Assembly (NCBI GenBank): GCA_050084515.1 | Contig: CM114271.1 | Coordinates: 42,160,001-42,224,000 of the forward strand | Reading direction: 5' to 3' | Origin: Blasia pusilla | Taxonomy: Eukaryota | Length of the DNA stretch: 64,000 nt | Part shown: piece by piece, positions 23,314 to 35,699 of the stretch | How the letters are laid out: every line of letters begins with the position of its first letter | Numbering within the stretch: the stretch's first letter is position 1 | Program-made: the position numbers and the translations under genes | Notes under the pieces: generated by a model | Seen by the model: the letters and a program-made list of their open reading frames with translations, nothing else | Database searches by the model: none | Told to the model about the DNA's origin: nothing

Positions 23314-23669
23314 TGTTCCCAAAATGCCTCCTATGGACAAGGAAATTGCTATCTGTGCACGATGAATCGCCTCGAGGAGTTGCCTTGATGAGTCGCCTTG
23401 CTGATGTCGTGATGAGTCACCTTGATGAGTAGCTCGAATCGTCTCACGTTCTTTCCCTTGAATTGTCTCGCGATGAGTCACAGTGTAAAGCGCCCCTTGG
23501 TATCTGGTCAACTGTTGCGCGGAAGAGCAATTGAGATCGCAAAACGAAAAACCGGAAACGAGCAAACCCTCGCCTATTTATACTTTTCGAGCCGTTAGGC
23601 TGACCGTTGGGTTGCATCATCATTCCGACGGTGACGTATCGGCCGTTATGGAAGTTTGGACGTGAAAAA

Positions 23670-24230
23670 CACCAACCTGACGGCTCCAACGGGTTGCACG
23701 CTTCCTGCGGGTTCCAGGCATCCATCCTCCTGGCAACCTGTCGGAGACCGACACGTTGCTCGCCTCCGCCATCTTCGGACAAGAACGCGAGGTACCCATG
23801 CAACCTGTAAGAGACCGGTGGGTTGCACACTTCCCTCATCTTGGGATAACAAGGCCGGCTACCCGCGCAACTCGTCGGAGGCCGACACGTTGCACGCTTC
23901 TTTCATGTAAGCGTTAGAAACGAACGGATTGCCTGAGTGTGCAACCAGTCGAAAACCGACGGGTTGCATCAAGAATTTTGGTGCAACCCGTATACAAGTA
24001 TGCAAGTCGCATGTATACAAGGCTTGCAAATAGTTTGACCGGATGGGTTTCGGATGACTTGCACTTGGATCTTCCAACCCGGAGTGGCCAAAGGTTCTTG
24101 CAACCCGTCGAAATCGGACGGGTTGCAGTAGGTGGTTCCTGGGTGTTGCAACACGTCGGGACCCGACGGGTTGCAGAGTCGTTCATGGGATGCCTCGGCC
24201 TTGCAACCCGTCTGGTTCGGACAGGTAGCT
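23670..24230. repeat. Palindrome array formed by fusion of the promoter array and transposase-intron array (outer copy)
   Basis: Left part resembles the inner promoter (reverse complement). From about 24100 it matches the inner intron at 12220-12410. Confidence 0.8.
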
Positions 24231-24286
24231 TATTTCTTTGACTTCTGAGCTATTTTCGTTCCCTTCTCACATTGCCGTCGTTGCAG

Positions 24287-26357
24287 GGATTGAACATTCA
24301 TAAAAATGCCCCAACACAAGTGGAGCAAAAAGTGTTCATTCCTCCTCGAGGTCGTCACAAGCATGCCAACAAATTTCACTTGTGGAGTCATGCCAACAAG
24401 ACCAAGCAAGAGCAATGCTACAGTCTACAGCATCCCATATCTTCCTCATAAAAGGCATAACAAAAGGAAGGGGGCCTTCGATCTACGAGCTCTATGTCAC
24501 GGCGGCTGTGAGATCTGGTGATGAAAAACTCTATGTGGAAGCCTTCAACCAGTGCGTAGCATGAACTCCCCTCGAGCAAGACGTACACATTGGTGGGGAT
24601 TTTCGTGGGCGGGTTTCAAGACGTCCCATACAGATGGTGGTAGAGCAGTCCGAGCGAGACTCGTGGAGACCAAATCTTGACTTCAGGCAGGTGAAGAGGC
24701 AGCATCGAGGAACAAATACGGTGATTGATTTGGATGAGGAAATTACGCTCCCCAAGTATTCGGGGATCCCGAACCGCTCCCAAATCCATGATGGAGTAAC
24801 TTCTCCAAAATCAGTGAATGTTTTATTTCAAAAGCCCTCCGTTGCTGGAAGTTTGCAACATCCGGTCGCTGGGGTGGTTCAACAATATGGGATTCCGGTC
24901 ATGGAGGTGGATTTCCACCTGAAACGGTGGCATATATCTCGGAGCAACCCCGGACGTGGACCCACTTGCAGGGCAGGATTTGATGGCATAAGGAGAGCAT
25001 GCGGCACTTTCCTAAATAAGTATTGTAGAAGGACTAGACGACCACTGCCTGGGTTTTGAGGACTTAAAACCTTTGATCATTTCACGGGGATCAATTGAAG
25101 TAATTCTTCTATCCAAATGAAACTTGCGCTTTCTAGAAGTCTTATCCGACTGCCATTGGAGCTCCGGGGAATACCCCCACGATTTGGCCCATCCCCGTAG
25201 GTACGAACTCCACTCAAGACGGAGTGGACAATCTTACAAGTGCCGGTTTCAGACTCGTAGATGGAGGAAGTTCGGAGCATGTTCGTATTACAGAGACCTT
25301 CGCATTTCCTATTCAACCCAAGATTGATGTCAACATGTACTCGGAGAAGGTGGATGATCTCAATCCATTATTTCTGTTTGAGTCTAGAAATGGGGTGAAG
25401 AGAAACAGAATATGTAGGCCAACGGTGGAGAGAGCAAAGAGAATTGCATCAGCTCAAGAGGAAAAAATGGAGATCATCGCCACCAAAGATGTCCATAGTG
25501 GCAATGGAACAAAGATGCACTTCGATAAAAATGAGTGATGGAAAACCCATCGGAAGTACAAAAGAGGGGGACTCAAAGAGTCAAAACCTGAAGGCCACAA
25601 CACGACCAGAAAAGGAAGAAGGGGGCATTCCCCCTAACGATTTAAACTCACCAACAAAGCAGAGACAATATCAGCAACAACAAGAGAGCTATGACTACTA
25701 CTAAGTGGGCCTCTAGCGCCGGCATCTCCCCTGACTGAGCCCCGCAAAATCCCATTAGCCTGGCACGCTCCAACGCTATGGAGACCGCCGCTACAATCTG
25801 AGTCGCAGTAGCTAAGGACAACCCATTTCTCGAGTGGAGATGATGGGCGCGATCCGTAAGGAACGCAGTCGAACCTCTCCCCCATAGCCCCATACATCTC
25901 TATGGCCAGGGGATGAAGATGTGTCCTCGTGTAGTCGATTGTAGATATGTGTCTTCTTCGCCGCCGCTCCTTGTAGCATTCGCCCTTGGGCCACCACTTG
26001 GGCTCGCACTGCCTCCCGCGTAGGATCTATGACTACCACGTCCGCCACAACCACCTCAGCCTCACGTGTCATGTAGAGATCGGCACGAATGAGGGAATAG
26101 GAAGGATGTATTGGGTCAGGAACAACATTGTAAATTCAAGTGTCACAGGGGTGTATGTGGTGCACATCTTCTGCTTTCCCACATGTTCATGTGATGACTT
26201 TGTCCAAAGAGAGACAAGTGGCAAAAGGTATTTCCCTTGTAAGCACATGTACTATGTGTTGCTTGTAGTTTTAAGAGAGTCGGAGGTAGGAGTAGGAATC
26301 CACCAACCAATTCTGTCCCTCAAAGAATTGCGAAGTATTTTAAACAAACCAATTTGA
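24287..26357 (+). pseudogene. 3' exon of the MULE transposase in the outer copy (SWIM finger), interrupted by a LINE fragment
   Basis: Colinear with 12219-10722 (reverse complement); FPTCSCDDF...FPCKHMYY. The 5' exons are absent. Confidence 0.88.
25510..26093 (-). mobile_element. 5'-truncated non-LTR retrotransposon (restriction-like endonuclease type, CRE-like)
   Basis: Absent from the inner copy; GGAA is present on both sides. VVADVVVIDPTR...AAAKK..Y and AVSIALERA resemble the ORF at 59763-60482. Confidence 0.75.
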
Positions 26358-28681
26358 GGATGCGAAATGAGGTTTTAGATTGTACTTTCATTTTTCCATA
26401 ACCTTCACTTTGAGCTTCAACTCTATTTTGCCCAGGGCATATGATAGATTTTTCCCAGACCTTGGACGGAAAAGTGGTTGGTTCCACACCTATAATTCCA
26501 CTGATTTTTCAGTTTTCTAAATTTTGTGCAATTTGCAACTTGTCGGACTCACATGGGTTGCCAAAATATGGAAGAGGAAAAAAAACTATGGGACTGCTTA
26601 ATAACTGAGCAAAAAAGTGCAAAAAAATTCACACAAAAAGTTTGCTCTCTTCATCCCAACGGAAACTCTCTTCAAATCATAGGAAACTCTCTTAAAAAAA
26701 AGCATCTCTTTCGGTTGAAGGTAGTTTCCTCTCTCCTCTCTCCTCTCTCTTCCTCTACTCTTACCGCACCTCCAGGTATATTCTTGTCAGCTTGTTTGTT
26801 GAGTTATCTGTTGTGTATCCACCAAGTGAGTCGGCCATGTGTTGTCTCTGAAGGGTCTAGAGGCGTGAAAATTACCTTCAGGGTATCTTGGCCCTGCTAG
26901 AGTGGGGTCCTCTCTATTTTTGGGTTCAGGAATTCAATTTGCTTCGGGCTCCCTTGAGTAAGAGTTTTATGTATGTGGTTGATGATATCCATATTGGAAT
27001 GATTCTTTAGCCATTCATTTCACTTCTAAGTGGCCTAGTTCTTTGTTGTAACGACATAATTTTGAATGAGTCATGTAATGAATACTAGAGAGTTTCTGTC
27101 TCCTTGCATCCACTCTCCTTAATAGTTCATATCAGTGTCTTCAGGTGGTTTGTGCTTTGTAATGAGTATGACCAATTGGTGTCACAGTGAACAAGAACAC
27201 TGAATTTGTGAGTAAATCCCAATATCTATTGGAGCTCCCAAATCAGGTCCAATTACTGGCACTTTGTCTAGTTGCTCTACAGTAGGTGTCCAACAAAGCT
27301 CTGGTGCACGTGCATTGTCCAACTATTCCTCTGGAGGTGTTCAAACAGGATCTAACAGTTCAATGTCAGGCTTCTCCCCTTGAATACCAAAGTCAACGCT
27401 TGGTGGGGATACGATATTGAGTTATTCTTCAAGAGGGTTGCATAGCATTTATATAGGATCGTCCACCCTCTATCCTTCAATAGTTTCATAGTCTGGGTCA
27501 GGTGTCAGTAATGTATCGAGTTATGGTCTTTCTATTTCAAAGTCACGGCATGGTATTGGTGCTATGTCAAGTTTCAATACCACAGGTTTACAATCACGTC
27601 TGCTTGAGCCAAACTAGTCATCTGGAGCTTCTCAGTCAGGGATAGCAGAAGTTGCAAGTATGAACTATGCATCTGGAGCTAGGAAGTTGGGCTCAGCTGT
27701 AGGCAACATTACAGCCTATCAATCAGCAAGTGGGCAAGTTGGGCTAGTTTTTGGGACTAGGTATCCCATGGCATTATCACAGCCATGCCTCGGTGGAGGG
27801 ATGATCCCCTGTTTCTCTTATGGAGTGGTTCAACCAAGTATGGTTGTAATACCTGGTTACTCTTCTGCGGGAAGTGGACAATCGACACTCGTTACAAGTG
27901 GAATGTCTAATTTCTCCTGCGTTCCTTCTCAATCTTCAAAGCTGCTACAATGGTAAGTAATCAGAGAGACTTAAAGGCTATGGAAAACCTCCAGTGAAGA
28001 AGACCCACACAATATTAAACTGCTGCATCGATCCTAAGGGTAGTTCCCGCACTTCGGCCCTCCAAGCTGCTCCAAGTGGAAATTTCTTGAAATGCCTTAG
28101 CTATCAAATCTACGGATCTGTGCCTTCAACTTGAAGCAGAGGTGCTAGAGAAAGCGATGTTGTTAATGCTAGTGTGTGTGAACAATTGGTGGTATGAAGA
28201 TGCATGAGGAAAGTCGACTGTTGTGATAGCTGGGGTCTCCTCCTTTGAGCAAATCAGAAAAAGAGATCTGTAGGTTTTTAGGATTCTTGTGTTTCTTGGA
28301 CAAAAATTGGGAGGGGAATGAGTCAATGAAGAGGAAACGGAAACTCAAAAAGATTGGGACACAGCAAGAGATAAGGCCAGCTGGTTGCAAAGAGGCATAG
28401 TCGGGAGAAGCAAGAGAAGAGAGGGGCAAGTGGACTGCCATGTTTGGGTGTGGGAGTGGTTAATTAGGGTGGTGGGAGTGAGTAGGGAGCTAGATTTTAT
28501 TGTTGACAGGGTGGGTTGGAAGTGAAAGATTGTTGGAGCAAAAGAGGGTTTATTGTAGGTTGTCGTAGATTGTAGTACCTAGGTATGAAAAGAAATCAAT
28601 GCATGTCCATAAGAACCAGAGGCCCTTTCCTACTTCATCGATCATATGTTCATGACTTCAAAAGTCATAGTTTCTAGAAAT

Positions 28682-31600
28682 TGTGACAAAATAGAAAGTG
28701 ATGAAATCATTGAAATCTTTACAAAACTTAGACATACAAAGTGGCCTAGTCCGTCCGTGCGCTCACACAAGAGCTTCGATGGAACCTGAACATGGAGATA
28801 ACTCGACATACGAGAATACGCTACCGCTGCGGCTTCCGACTATTTGACTACTCGGGAAAACTAGGGTTTTTACCTATTTTTCTTTGTTTCTATTAATAGA
28901 AAAATTTTGCCGGGGCTGCAAGCTTGGACCCCCACGACGCATCAAGGTGTCCCGTACCTTGATGCAATATAGGGTTAGATAAACCTAGTAACACTGCTCC
29001 TCAAACCACCTACGTCATATTACTATGACTCCTTCGACGTCTAAGTCGGAACCATCAATCTAGGCTTCTCCTCATACAAGGGGGCCGATCAGATTACTGG
29101 TGCTCAGAGGAGTGGATGTTGAGAATCCAACACCCCCCCTCAATATCCACTCTCATGTGGACTACTATCTTGGACCTATGCCAAGATCCTTCAGATGTCG
29201 AAGAAGCTGATCTCCGCTCAAAGCTTTCGTGAAGATGTCTGCACGGTTATCCTCTGTTAGACAATAGACTAACTTCAAAACCCCTCTCTTGATCAATTTA
29301 CGAACAAAGTGATACTGGATCTCTATGTGCTTTGTACGAGCATGAAACACAGGATTATGTGTTATGGCAATGCAACTCTGATTGTCACACCACATTACAG
29401 TAGCATTTTCTAGTGCTTCTCCTATGTCCTCCAATATCCATCTCAACCATACTGCTTCACAAGAAGCATAACAAGCCGCCTTGTACTCTGCCTCGGTAGA
29501 AGAAAGAGCCACTATAGGTTGCTTCTTGCTGACCCATGACACCACACCTGATCCTACCAAGAAGCAATAACCCGAAACTGATCTTCGAGAATCTGAATCT
29601 TCTGCCCAATCTAAGTCACAAAAACCTGTCATTTCCGTCCCTGCTCCATAGGTGATGCCGCACTCGATAGTGCCTTTGATGTACTTCAAAACACACATCC
29701 CTGCCTTCCAATGGTTCTCACGAGGTTTAGTTGAGAACCTACTCAACACTCCCACATCGAAGCTAATGTCTGGTCTAGTGTTACACAAAAATATCATACT
29801 GCCTACAAGCTTTCTGTACAACTTTTCATCTATCAATGGTGAAACATCCTCCATCTAGAGTTTCAACTCTACCTCCATTGGAGAGACCACTGCCTTACAC
29901 TCGGTCATCCCGAATGCCTTCAAGATTTCTCTAGCATACTTCTGCTGAGAGAGAAAAATAGAATTTGACTGTTGCCAAATTTCCAGCCCATAAAGTAGTG
30001 CAGAAGACCTAAATCTGACATTTCAAACTCAGATTTCAACACTCCCTTCATTTCCTCTATTTTCTTATTGTGGTCTCGTGTGCTGATAAGATCATCCACA
30101 TACAGGACTATCAACATATACATCCCATCTTTGCAAAACACATACAAATTTGCTTCTGACGGACTCTTGATGAGACCCTTCTCTCGAAAGAATGTATCTA
30201 TTCGTTGATACCATACCCTTGGGGCTTGCTTCAACCCATACAATGCTCGATGAAGTAAACAAACTTTCTCTTCTAATCTCGGTGTCTCAAAGCCTGGTGG
30301 TTGAGAAACATATACCTCCTCCTTGAGACTCCCGTTCAGAAAGGCAGACTTCACATTGTATTGGTATACAGACCAACGTCTTGTTCCTGCAACCGCTAGA
30401 ACAATTCGAATGGTTTTCATCCTTGTAGTAGGAGCAAAAGTCTCATAGTAGTCAAAACCTTCAATTTGTGAGCATCCTTGTGCAACCAACCTCGCTTTGA
30501 ATTTATCCAATGTACCGTCCGACTTGTACTTGGTCTTGTACACCCACTTGTTGCGTATTATCTTCCTGTCCTTTGACTTTTCAACTAAAGTCCAAGTTTC
30601 ATTTCTCTGAATAGCGTCCATCTCCATCTGCATGGCCTCTCTCCATTGAGGATGAGCCAGGGCCTCATCCAAGCATGATGGCTCTTCCACCTTCAAGACC
30701 TCTGTCATCAGGGCCATGTTGAAGAGATGTGCGGAAGCTCTATTCTGCTCCTCTAGTCTCTTGGATCTCCTTGGATATGTAACAACTTCATCAGTTGCTG
30801 GTGGATCCTTACCATGCAAGAGCTGCTTTATCCACTTAGGGTATGACGACCGTAGTGGAAGAGCAGGTTGCTCTTGATGATATGGTGTAAACATTGGTGG
30901 TGTGCTCTGGTGGGTTATCTCTTCGTTTGATGATAATGTGGACGGACCACTCATATCCGCCACTTGACGAGGCTGTTCGTGGAACACCACATCACGACTC
31001 ACAAGCATCTTCTTTTCCTCAAAACACCAAAGGCGATAAGCTTTAGACTCATCATTGTATCCCATAAAGATGCACTTCGTGCTCTTGGACTCCAGCTTGG
31101 TCCTCGATGCTTCAGGAATATGTACAAAACACTCACTACCAAAAGTCTTGAAATGTTGGACTGATGGTACCTTACCTGAGTATGATTGATGAGGAGTCAT
31201 GCCTTGCACTAACTTGGTAGCACTTCTATTTAGAATATATACGGCAGTATTAACAGCTTCAACCCAAAATCCTTCTGTCAAACCTTTTGCTTTCATCATA
31301 CATCTTGCCATCTCCACCACTGTTTGGTTTCGACGCTCAACAACTCCATTTTGTTGTGGTGTATGTGCCGTGGTTAACTGTCGCTTGATTCCATGCTCCC
31401 CCAAATATTCTTTGAATTCTGTTTTCTATTGATAAGAATTCTCCTCCTCGGTGCAAAGCTTTTGTACCTTCTTTCCTGTCTCATTCTCAACCAGCTTATG
31501 CCATACTTTAAATTTTCCAAAAGCACTTGCCTTATCATGAAGGAAATACACCCACATCTTCCTACTATAATCGTTGACAACTAAAAAGAAGTAGGAAGAA

Positions 31601-33723
31601 CCACCTAATGCCACTGTTCTCATTTTACCACAGAGGTCAGCATGTATCAACTCTAGAGGAGCCTTTGCTCTATTGCTGGACTCTTGTGGAAATGGTTGTC
31701 GGTGTTGCTTGCCCATCATACAAGCTTCACAAGTATCCGACACTCCAAAAATTATTGGTAAATCAGCAACCATGCCAGATTTCTGCATCTGACTTAGTAA
31801 GGGAAAGCTTAGGTGACCAAATGTTTAATGGCACAACTTACTAGTACTGAGATCTGTACCTACACTTGTCGTGAAAGCATACAACTCGTAGATATTTCCA
31901 CATTGTATACCTTCACCCACTATTTTCCCATTGGCATCCTCAATGACTGCTCCAGTTTTCTTGAAACGAACTTCTAGGTCATGATCACATAATACTGCCA
32001 TTGAAATCAAATCTTGCTTAAACTCTAGTACGTACTGTACATCAGTTAACTTCTTTTCATCTCCTTTTTGTGAGACTAGAGAAATTGTGCCTTTCCCTTC
32101 TACAGGGCACTTTGCATTATTCCCAATAGTAACAACGATGGGCTCCTGTAGAGGCTGTAAGGAGCTATACCAATCCTTATGATTGGTCATATGACTAGAT
32201 GCTCCACTATTGAGCACCCATGCATCTTCACTCTTTGACTTAGTGAAATGTTCTGCCTGTGTGCAAAACTCTTCTATTGCTACCCAAGTATCTACTTCAT
32301 GTTCTCCTAGTTCTACAGAATTTCCAAACTCCTTCTTAGGTCTTAAACAACCGTTCTTCTCATCCTGACTCCTCTTTCTACAATCTTTGATAAGATGACG
32401 TAGCTTACCACAATAAAAGCATTTGAAGGCTTTTCTTGGAAATTTCTTCTTGACATTCGAACTGTAATCCTGATTTCTACCTCTCTGTACGTTGGCAGTA
32501 AATGCTGCATCACTTCCCTCTCTTGCTTTGAAGCGCATTTCCTCTTCTACCAACATAGCACTAAAATGTTCAAAAGTAAGCGGCGTGGGTCTTACTTGAG
32601 TATTCAGTGCAGTGATCAAACTGTCGTACCTTGGAGGAAAAATCCTTATGCACCTACGTGCCAAATCTTCGCTAGACTTTGAAATTCCTACGGATGCCAT
32701 CTGATCTTGAAGATTCTTGATCCTTGTAAAAAATTGCTCCGCGCTTTCTCCTTCTGAAAATTTCTCGGACGTAAGATGATTCTCCAGATTTTGAATCCGA
32801 GTCTCATTCCTCGTTTCATACTGATTCTTCAAAATGTTCCACGCCTCAGCAGCAGTGGTTGTATGTTGAATGAGAGTCATGACAGAATCAGTTACATTCG
32901 TGACAATCGCATATAGAGCATCAACGTTTCTGCGTCTCCATGCCAACAATACAACAGGATCGATATCCCCAGATGAAGATGAACATGCAGAACTCAAAGT
33001 AGCTTGAGGATTTGAATCGACCCCTTTGGCCCTTTCCCAGATTTCAAATTATTCGAGGACAGTTCTCATTTTGAACTTCCACAACGTATAGTTAGACCCA
33101 TCTAACTTCCCTTCACCCAATGGAGGAGGGAGAGCACGAACTGACGAAGAAGTAGCCATCTCTCAAGATTTTGTGCAAACATACTAGATCGCCAGATACA
33201 AAACACTGGAAAACCTACTGCTCTGATACCATGTGAGAAAAGAGAAAGTGATGCAATCACTGAAAATTTTACAAAACTTAGAGATACAAAGTGGCCTAGT
33301 CCGTCCGTGCGCTCACAGAAGAGCTTTGATGGAACGTGAACATGGAGATAACTCGACATACGAGAATACACTACCGCTGCGGCTCCCGACTATTTGACTA
33401 CTCGGGAAAACTAGGGTTTTTACCTATTTTTCTTCATTTCTATTAATAGAAAAAAATTTCCGGGGTCTGCAAGCCCGGACCCCCGCGTCGTCTTGGCATA
33501 CCAGGGGTTGCGCCCTGAACCCCCGCGACGCATTAGGGTACCCCGCACCCTGATGCAATATAGGGTTAGATAAACCTAGTAACGCTACTCCTCAAACCAC
33601 CTACGTCATATTACTATGACTCCTCCGACGTCTAAGTCGGAACCATCAATCTAGGCTTCTGCTCATACAAGGGGGCCGATCAAATTAATGGTGCTTAGAG
33701 GAGTGGATGTTGAGAATCCAACA
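28682..33723 (-). mobile_element. Full-length Ty1/copia LTR retrotransposon (degenerate)
   Basis: 5' LTR 33723-33232 and 3' LTR 29132-28682 (TG...CA); PBS TGGTATCAGAGC at 33231-33220; PPT TTGAGGGGGGG at 29143-29133; 5-bp TSD GAAAT at 28677-28681 and 33724-33728. Confidence 0.96.
29165..33159 (-). pseudogene. Copia gag-protease-integrase-RT-RNaseH polyprotein with stops and frameshifts
   Basis: CFYCGKLRHLIKDC knuckle; WVLNSGASSHM protease; PQQNGVVERRN integrase; YGLKQAPR and LYVDDL RT; SSTEAEY and ADIFTKAL RNase H. Confidence 0.95.
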
Positions 33724-33728
33724 GAAAT

Positions 33729-34067
33729 GCCACGTAGGAGACCAAAAGACCATGTTTTGGCCAGTCATGCAATGCTCCTTGGCAAGTCTTTCATGACTTC
33801 TCTGAAAATATATGACTAAGAATTCATGATTTACGACTAGTACTCTATTTTTTATCATAATAAACTTTTTAATTATCCATTTTAATTCCACGTCTTACAA
33901 TTTCCTCAACCCATGACTCATTACATGACTCAAATAATTTGTTTATGACTCTATGAGTCCTCAAGACTGTTTGAGTCATGACGTATTGAGGCTTGTTTGA
34001 AATAGAGTCATTTGAATTATGTATTCATGAGGCGTTGAGTCACCAAAATGCCTATTTTCTTCTAGTG
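33729..34067. mobile_element. CACTA (En/Spm) element end with GACTCA subterminal repeats; probably the target of the copia insertion
   Basis: Many ATGACTCA/TGAGTCAT motifs ending in ...TTTTCTTCTAGTG (reverse complement CACTAGAAGAAAA) at 34067. Confidence 0.6.
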
Positions 34068-34079
34068 CAAAGACCAAGT

Positions 34080-35672
34080 TGCGACAGATTGTAAGAGTTG
34101 ATATTGTTTCTTCTCTTCTTATTTCTCCTGTATGGGACTTGTCTCTAATGTTTTTTTTTATTATCTTAAATGGTCCATTTTTTTGTTTCTGCTTTAGGGT
34201 GGACATTTTTTTTTCATCTTCCAACCCATCGAGTTTCGAGGGGGCTTCAAGCTGGAAATGGAACTTGGATGACTGAAGATGTATGCAAAAAATTTCATGT
34301 CTTATGATATTTGCAAACCTCGGAAGAAATTCTTGCAATGGGATGATAAGCACAACTTATCTTGACATGTCCTACAACCCGTGGAATTCCAACAAGTTGC
34401 ATTTCTCAATGCAGCTTGTGAAGCTCTCCTTTTGAACCCTTTTTGATTTCTTGATGTGATTCAACCTATCGGATTTCGATAAGTTGCATGTGGAGACTGA
34501 CTATTGTGAATTTTGGGACCCTTCCCTCTATATCTTTTTTCGTACTTAGGTTATGTCACGAGGAAAAAAACTATTGAAATAGGATAGGTCTTCATAGCAA
34601 ATTAACTTTATGAATCTCAATCCTGTCACGCAACCTATCAGGATCCAAGATGTTGCAGGTCTGGATGATTGTCTGCTATTAGAACCCATCGGAAACCGAT
34701 GGGTTACTTGTCTGCAGGCAACAACTAGAGGTAGCCAGTGGAGGTCTCTTTCTGAGCCCTTTTTGTTTTCATGATATCATTCAATCTGTTGGATTCCAAC
34801 AAGTTGCAGGTCCTGAGTACTCACTACTGTGGACTTCAGATGACTTCCCTCTTTCAATTTTTTCGTTCCTACCAAGATTATGTCACAAGTAACAAATATT
34901 TTGAAACATGGAACGTCTTCATAATTTTTTCTTTCTTGTTACCCTTATGAATTTCAATCCTGTCATGCTACCTGTCACTATCCTAGACTTGCTTCTAGAT
35001 CTGGTGAGGCTTTCTAGGGCGAGTGTTAGAGCCGTATGGTACAGTGGAAGAAACATTTCAGAAGAATAGTTGCTTCCTCTTCGATTGGAGGGGAAGAGGA
35101 AGCAACTATTTGCACTCTACCACTAGGCAAAGGTAGATTACGAGAGAGCAGTTGGGAGTTTACTAGTTGCCTCCACGGCCAAGTGCACCCGACTTCCTTT
35201 AAGTTCATGACTACTTGTTGACATATCAGAGATGCCAACTCATATGAGTTGGCAACCTGTGCTAATTTCCACCAGTATGTTACCACAAATCACCTTTACT
35301 TTTACTTCACCAATCATATTTCATCTTCCCTATTTTGCCCTACAAATCAAAATTCCACCTATAAATTCGTTGATGATGGGGGGTTGGTCTCTCTAGTATG
35401 AGAGAGAAGCAAAACACTTTTGCACTTTCATGAGTGATTGTTGACAATAACATTTCCATCTTCACATCTTGGTCTGAAAAAATGTGGTTAGTTTTTCCCC
35501 CAAAGTGGTGCACTTCTTACTCTCTTTTAAAAATTTCTTGCATTTGAAGTAGGGGAGAAACCTCAAAAATTGAAGAAAGTTTTGAAGAGAGTTTAAGGAT
35601 TTGGCCCTTTTTTTTTAAGAGAGACTCTCCTCTCTTCCTCTCTTCCTCTCTCTTGCCAAAATACCAGCCCCC
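34080..35672. mobile_element. Older truncated relative of the MULE ParB-MTase transposon (one end only)
   Basis: 35515-35672 matches the element end (GGATTTGGCCCTTTTTTTTAAGAGAGACTCTCCTCTCTTCCTCTC...AATACCAGCCCCC). About 6 decayed palindromes lie at 34220-34810. The left boundary is approximate. Confidence 0.8.
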
Positions 35673-35699
35673 ACTCGTCAGCATCAGCATACTAACACT

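Larger units (their letters stand above)
4677..26772. mobile_element. Outer copy of the MULE-like ParB-MTase transposon (internally deleted; hosts the inner copy and a LINE fragment)
   Basis: 9-bp TSD CAGGTATAT at 4668-4676 and 26773-26781. Ends read inward as GGGGGCTGGTA and GAGGTGCGGTA, the same as the inner copy, each followed by GAGAGGAA-type purine tracts. Confidence 0.92.

Noticed and set aside
27180-27960. S/G-rich ORF fragments as the continuation of the bromodomain gene
   Set aside because: Many stops and no recognisable motif or consistent splice path; plausible but unsupported.
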